A stretch of 53,519 nucleotides of DNA, from assembly GCA_964575925.1 (NCBI GenBank), contig CAZNTR010000005.1:1-53519 (forward strand). Reading direction: 5' to 3'. The translations under genes were made by a program, and so were the position numbers. Below are positions 49,355 through 53,519 of the stretch, in pieces. Under the pieces are notes generated by a model. It was given only the letters and a program-made list of their open reading frames with translations. It made no database searches and had not been told where the DNA came from. The stretch's first letter is position 1, and every line of letters begins with the position of its first letter. The stretch comes from an uncultured Chitinophagales bacterium. GTDB taxonomy: Bacteria > Bacteroidota > Rhodothermia > Balneolales > M1805.

Positions 49355-50173
49355 ATGTTAAAATACTGGTCTCAAGAAGAACGGTTCGGACTTACGGTGG
49401 CATTTGTATTTCATGCCATTCTGTTGTTGATTCTATTACTCATCCGTTTGGATAAACCTGAAGAAAATCGTTCGGCATTTATTGAAGTGGATTTCGGGCA
49501 ATTTCAGTTTGGATCACCAGCTGAATTTGCAAAAGAACAAAACAAACATGTTCAGACAAGTAAAGTTACTTCCAAGAATAAATCAAACGAAAAACCGATT
49601 GAGAACAAACCGGTAAATGAGCAGAATACAAGTAAATCGGTAGATAAAGCGAAACCCGTTGTTGCGCCAACTCAAGAACAAAATGTTGAAAGCGAAGATG
49701 TTGTAAAAACTCCAGATACAGAGAAAATCAGCCCAGATTTAACAACGAAACAGCAAAAAAGAGAAGAAGCCGTTGCGCCCGATGTGAAAAAAGCAGAAGA
49801 TGAAAAAAAAGGCGCTGAAAAAACAGGTGATATTGAAGGTTTACGGGGTGAGTCGAATGTAAAACAAGGAACAGGAACCGATGAAAATAAATCCGCTCCG
49901 TTTTCATTGAAATGGGAAGGTGATATTGAACGAATTCCTCAAGTTCAGCCACTACCAAGCTTTTCTGAAGATTTAGAAGCTGTAATAACGATTCGTTTTC
50001 AAGTGCGTCCTGATGGAAGTGTGGGGCAAATGATACCTATCAAGAAGATGAATCCAGACTTAGAAGCAGAAGTGAAAAAGACATTACGTTCATGGAGATT
50101 TTCACGTCTTCCAAGTGGAGTTCCACAACAGCCACAATGGGGAACGATTACATTTAGATTTGTCTTAGAGTAA
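49355..50173 (+). CDS. tonB: TonB/TolA-family energy transducer
   Basis: TM anchor with conserved His (FVFHAILL), K/E/P-rich linker and TonB_C domain (FQVRPDGSV, WRF, GTITFRF). Confidence 0.88.
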   Translation: MLKYWSQEERFGLTVAFVFHAILLLILLLIRLDKPEENRSAFIEVDFGQFQFGSPAEFAKEQNKHVQTSKVTSKNKSNEKPIENKPVNEQNTSKSVDKAKPVVAPTQEQNVESEDVVKTPDTEKISPDLTTKQQKREEAVAPDVKKAEDEKKGAEKTGDIEGLRGESNVKQGTGTDENKSAPFSLKWEGDIERIPQVQPLPSFSEDLEAVITIRFQVRPDGSVGQMIPIKKMNPDLEAEVKKTLRSWRFSRLPSGVPQQPQWGTITFRFVLE

Positions 50174-50202
50174 AAAATAGATTTTTTAAAAAGGGCTAAA
50201 AA

Positions 50203-50466
50203 CTCCCCCTTTTACCCAAAACTAAAATGCTAAAAAAGACAGTAGATCTTTAAAGGGGGCTGGGGGGATTTTAAGAATGGCGAAAAAAAACTTATAGAAA
50301 CAGTCTCATTTACAATTTACACTAAGTCGCAAATTAACTACCAAATCTTTGCAGAATGTTCAATCAATAACAGTTCCGATGTAAAATCCCCAAAAGCCCC
50401 CTTAGGCAAATTTTATGGGGCGAACGGCAACAGCCTTTTCGAAAGTGGGTGTTTTTTTGGAGAGTT
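50203..50466. repeat. GC-rich REP-like inverted-repeat cluster
   Basis: TAAAGGGGGCTGGGGGGATTTTA (50251-73) is nearly the reverse complement of TAAAATCCCCAAAAGCCCCCTTA (50382-404). CCCCCTTT (50205-12) can also pair with AAAGGGGG (50252-59). Confidence 0.6.
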
Positions 50467-50740
50467 TTGCAATTAAAAAGTCATATGTCTACAATGAATT
50501 GTGAATTTTATTAAACAGCAAAAAATGTCTGCGAAAAGTTGAAAAAATTGACGTTTAAACAAATAAAAGCTAGCAAATACATAATTAAGGTTCATTATTT
50601 CAAACTTCAATTTCAAAACGAAATGATGAACGCTTAGTTCAATATTTTACTAAATAACTATTTTTATTATATCTTTCTCATGTTGAAAAATTTTATAATG
50701 GGTTCAACTTAACAATATTTACCTAACAGCATTTAGAAAT

Positions 50741-51688
50741 ATGAAGCAAACGGATGAAAAAGCGCTCCCTTTTTTAAGACGATTTCTAATTTATCAAAAA
50801 GAACGTTTTCCCATTTTACAACATGGATTACTGATTCTTGTCTTCACGTTTTCATCTGTTAATTACTCGTTAAATGCTCGTTATTCTTCAGAAATACCCG
50901 TTTTGTCTGTATGGTTTATAGGCGGATTTACGGCTTTTCTCTTATTTTTCTTATTGCGTCTGTTTGATGAATTCAAAGATGCAGAAGAAGATGCACAATT
51001 CAGACCTTATAGAGCTGTTCCTCGTGGATTAATTAGTTTTTTTGAACTTAAAGTGCTTATTGGTTTCTCTTTAGTCTGCATAATTGGATTAAATACTTTT
51101 TTTCAGCTAGAAATTTTGGGTGTTGTTGGGCTCGTTTTATTGTACATGACTTTAATGACGAAAGAGTTTTTTGTTGTGAAATGGCTAAAGGCTCATCCTA
51201 TTGTGTATATGATTTCCCACATGTTTATCATGCCTTTATTTGATTTATACACAACAGGTTTAGATTGGGTTTTAAAAAACGAAGACCCATCACCCTTTTT
51301 AATGCTATTTCTAATTATCTCTTTTTTCAATGGATTAGTTATTGAAATTGGAAGAAAAATTAGAGCTAAAGAACAAGAAGAAGTCGGCGTGGAAACGTAT
51401 TCGAAATTATGGGGCGAAAAAAAATCCGTTATCATTTGGGCTGTTCAACTTAGTATTGTGTTTATTCTATCAATTCTATGCATGCTTGTCTTGTCCTACT
51501 CATTAGTCGAAATGGGTCTATTGGTATTAATTTATTTTGCAGCACTTTTTGTAGCTTTTCGATTTTTTAAACATCAAACTGAAAAAAACGCCAAGAAAAT
51601 TGAAAACATTTCGGGCATTTGGACTTTATCTATGTATTTATTATTAGGAGGGATATCGGGAATATGGAGAATGATTCAATTATTTTAA
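50741..51688 (+). CDS. UbiA-family prenyltransferase-like membrane protein
   Basis: Acidic motif RLFDEFKDAEED followed by RPYRAVPRG, second motif EIGRK...EEVGVETYS, multiple TM helices. Confidence 0.8.
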   Translation: MKQTDEKALPFLRRFLIYQKERFPILQHGLLILVFTFSSVNYSLNARYSSEIPVLSVWFIGGFTAFLLFFLLRLFDEFKDAEEDAQFRPYRAVPRGLISFFELKVLIGFSLVCIIGLNTFFQLEILGVVGLVLLYMTLMTKEFFVVKWLKAHPIVYMISHMFIMPLFDLYTTGLDWVLKNEDPSPFLMLFLIISFFNGLVIEIGRKIRAKEQEEVGVETYSKLWGEKKSVIIWAVQLSIVFILSILCMLVLSYSLVEMGLLVLIYFAALFVAFRFFKHQTEKNAKKIENISGIWTLSMYLLLGGISGIWRMIQLF

Positions 51689-53519
51689 AATCTACGGATG
51701 TACTTTCACCAAGTCTTGAACAAGCTGGTGGAAAAGGGTTTTCTTTATGGAAATTGCGAGAACAAGATTTTCCAGTTCCTCCGTTTCTTATCCTTTCGGC
51801 GGATTATTTTCGTCTGCAAAAAGGAAAAAGTATTTCAAGAGAAGTTCAAGAAGAAATTCTACAGACTATTCGTCAAGATTTAAAAGGATTTACTGAGTTT
51901 TCTGTTCGTTCGTCTAGTGTGATGGAAGATGGAAGTAATCTTTCATTCGCCGGTCAGTTTAAAACCTTGCTCAATGTTAAAGAAGACGAAGTTATATCAG
52001 CAATTATTGAGGTTTGGGAATCGGCTCAATCCGAAACGGTTCAGTCTTATTTGAATAACAATGCAAGTTTAAAAGAGACAGTTGATATGGCGGTCGTGAT
52101 TCAAGCTATGGTTCCATCTGAAATGAGCGGTGTTGCATTTGCAATCGATCCCGTTACAGGAAATAGAAATGCAAAACGAATTTCTGCAACACTTGGACTT
52201 GGTGAACAATTGGTTTCTGGAGAAGTCGATGCTTTTGAATATGTTATAGAAAACGGAATCACAAGCTTACTAAACTCGGCAAAAACAGAGCAAGAAAGTA
52301 GAATTTTAACTGAATCTCAGTTAAATGAAATCGCAGCTCTTGTTGATAAATCAACAGAATTCTTTGGTTTGTACCAAGATATTGAATGGGCAATCGCTTC
52401 TGAAAACGTGTATTTATTACAAAGTCGGCCCATAACTCATGTTAAAGAATTAGCCGATACTTCAGATGAACTCATTGTTTGGGATAACAGCAATATCACG
52501 GAAAGTTATCCCGGAATGACAACGCCTCTCACGTTTTCATTTATTGAAGATATTTACAGAGAAGTGTACAAGCAATTTAGCCGAGTTCTTGGTGTTGAGG
52601 AATCTTTAATCATCAAAAACGAAGCTATTTTTTCGATGTTGGGGCATTTGAAATTCCGCGTGTATTACAATCTCGGAAATTGGTATCGGGTTTTATCTTT
52701 ATTACCCGGTTACGAAATCAATGCTGGTTTTATGGAACAAATGATGGGAGTAAAGGAAAAACTCAACATCAAAATAGAAACCGTTCCATCCAATCAAAAT
52801 AAATATGTTCGTCTTGTTCGCATGATTATTCATGTGCTGAGTCAGTGGTTCAAAATTGAATCTTCCGTTCAAGAATTTTATTACCGTTTTCAGAAAGCAT
52901 TAGATTCAGCTCCTTCTGATTCCTTGAAAAACAAAGCTCCTATTCATTTGAAGACCGTCTATGAAAGATTGGAAAAACAATTGATTACAAAATGGGATGC
53001 GCCTTTGGTCAATGACTTTTTTGCCATGATTGCTTTTGGAATTGTTGTAAAACAATTGGAATCGCTCAACATTGAAAACCCTAAATCCAAAGCAAATACT
53101 TTATTGGCAGACGAAGGCGGAATTATTTCAACTGAGCCAGCAAAAGACTTAGAACGCATTGCTGATGAGATCAAAAAAAATGTTTCCTTAAAGGAAAAAC
53201 TGCTAAATACAGAAAGAGAAAAAAATTGTATTAAACTCATTCACACAGATAAAAACGTTGCTGATTTATTTCAGAATTACATTAATCGATTTGGGGATCG
53301 TTGGGCGGAAGAATTAAAACTGGAAACCATTACCCCAAGTACGAATCCAGAATTACTTATTCCTATGATAAAACTATATTTGGCAACGGAAATCGCAAAG
53401 AAATCATCAACACTTCAAGATGAAAAAATCGAAACCTTAAAAGAAGTGGATGCTCTTTTTGGTCGCTTTTCTCCAAAAAAATGGCTCTTTAATCTTATGC
53501 TAAAACAAGCGAGAAACAG
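51664..53519 (+). CDS. PEP/pyruvate-binding (PPDK_N ATP-grasp) phosphotransferase, PEP-synthase/Rph-like; 3'-truncated by the window
   Basis: Absent from the ORF track because it has no stop. ATG 51664 gives MENDSII...AGGKG...PVPP, SVRSSSVMEDG..SFAGQF, AVVIQAMV...SGVAF, GLGEQLVSG, DIEWAI, LQSRPIT and WDNSNITESYPG; the same frame continues to the window end. Confidence 0.92.
   Translation, partial: MENDSIILKSTDVLSPSLEQAGGKGFSLWKLREQDFPVPPFLILSADYFRLQKGKSISREVQEEILQTIRQDLKGFTEFSVRSSSVMEDGSNLSFAGQFKTLLNVKEDEVISAIIEVWESAQSETVQSYLNNNASLKETVDMAVVIQAMVPSEMSGVAFAIDPVTGNRNAKRISATLGLGEQLVSGEVDAFEYVIENGITSLLNSAKTEQESRILTESQLNEIAALVDKSTEFFGLYQDIEWAIASENVYLLQSRPITHVKELADTSDELIVWDNSNITESYPGMTTPLTFSFIEDIYREVYKQFSRVLGVEESLIIKNEAIFSMLGHLKFRVYYNLGNWYRVLSLLPGYEINAGFMEQMMGVKEKLNIKIETVPSNQNKYVRLVRMIIHVLSQWFKIESSVQEFYYRFQKALDSAPSDSLKNKAPIHLKTVYERLEKQLITKWDAPLVNDFFAMIAFGIVVKQLESLNIENPKSKANTLLADEGGIISTEPAKDLERIADEIKKNVSLKEKLLNTEREKNCIKLIHTDKNVADLFQNYINRFGDRWAEELKLETITPSTNPELLIPMIKLYLATEIAKKSSTLQDEKIETLKEVDALFGRFSPKKWLFNLMLKQARN

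Noticed and set aside
51698-51883. 61-aa ORF (and the antisense ORF 52959-53240)
   Set aside because: Alternative frames of the PEP-utilising enzyme gene that starts at 51664.
51664-53519. Rifampin resistance gene rph or housekeeping ppsA
   Set aside because: Only the shared fold is visible, the gene is truncated, and its context suggests biosynthesis.
1-53519. CRISPR array, tRNA/rRNA, prophage, transposase, defence island
   Set aside because: No regularly spaced repeats, cloverleaf motifs, integrase/DDE proteins or clustered defence genes were seen. The remaining short antisense ORFs overlap well-supported genes.

Overview
AT-rich bacterial chromosomal window, most likely from the Bacteroidota/Balneolota-Rhodothermota radiation (inferred from the PorQ-like barrel, HU+SPOR protein, diderm DivIVA-PNP pair and long-tailed S16). 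It is mostly housekeeping: mlaEFD, ppiD/surA-like, a TPR hybrid kinase with a NarL-type regulator, rlpA, divIVA, PNP, smpB, arcA, plsY-gpsA, iscA, cstA, proline dehydrogenase, comEC, ffh-rpsP-rimM-trmD-rplS, mrp, gcvT and ftsK-lolA. Three parts stand out. (1) A co-oriented cluster of an OM beta-barrel, a small HU-like protein, an HU-TM-SPOR protein and ExbB/ExbD/TonB downstream of ftsK, a candidate envelope-spanning division or nucleoid-anchoring machine. (2) A plastic zone at 24.2-26.7 kb with two copies of a 98-bp MITE-like element (one with terminal inverted repeats and a target-site duplication), a decayed GDPD pseudogene and an asparaginase whose lipoprotein signal is 1 nt out of frame. 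(3) A UbiA-family prenyltransferase coupled to a PEP-utilising phosphotransferase that is missing from the ORF track and runs off the right edge. I found no rRNA, tRNA, tmRNA, CRISPR array or transposase. All family calls come from motif recognition by eye, not from database searches.
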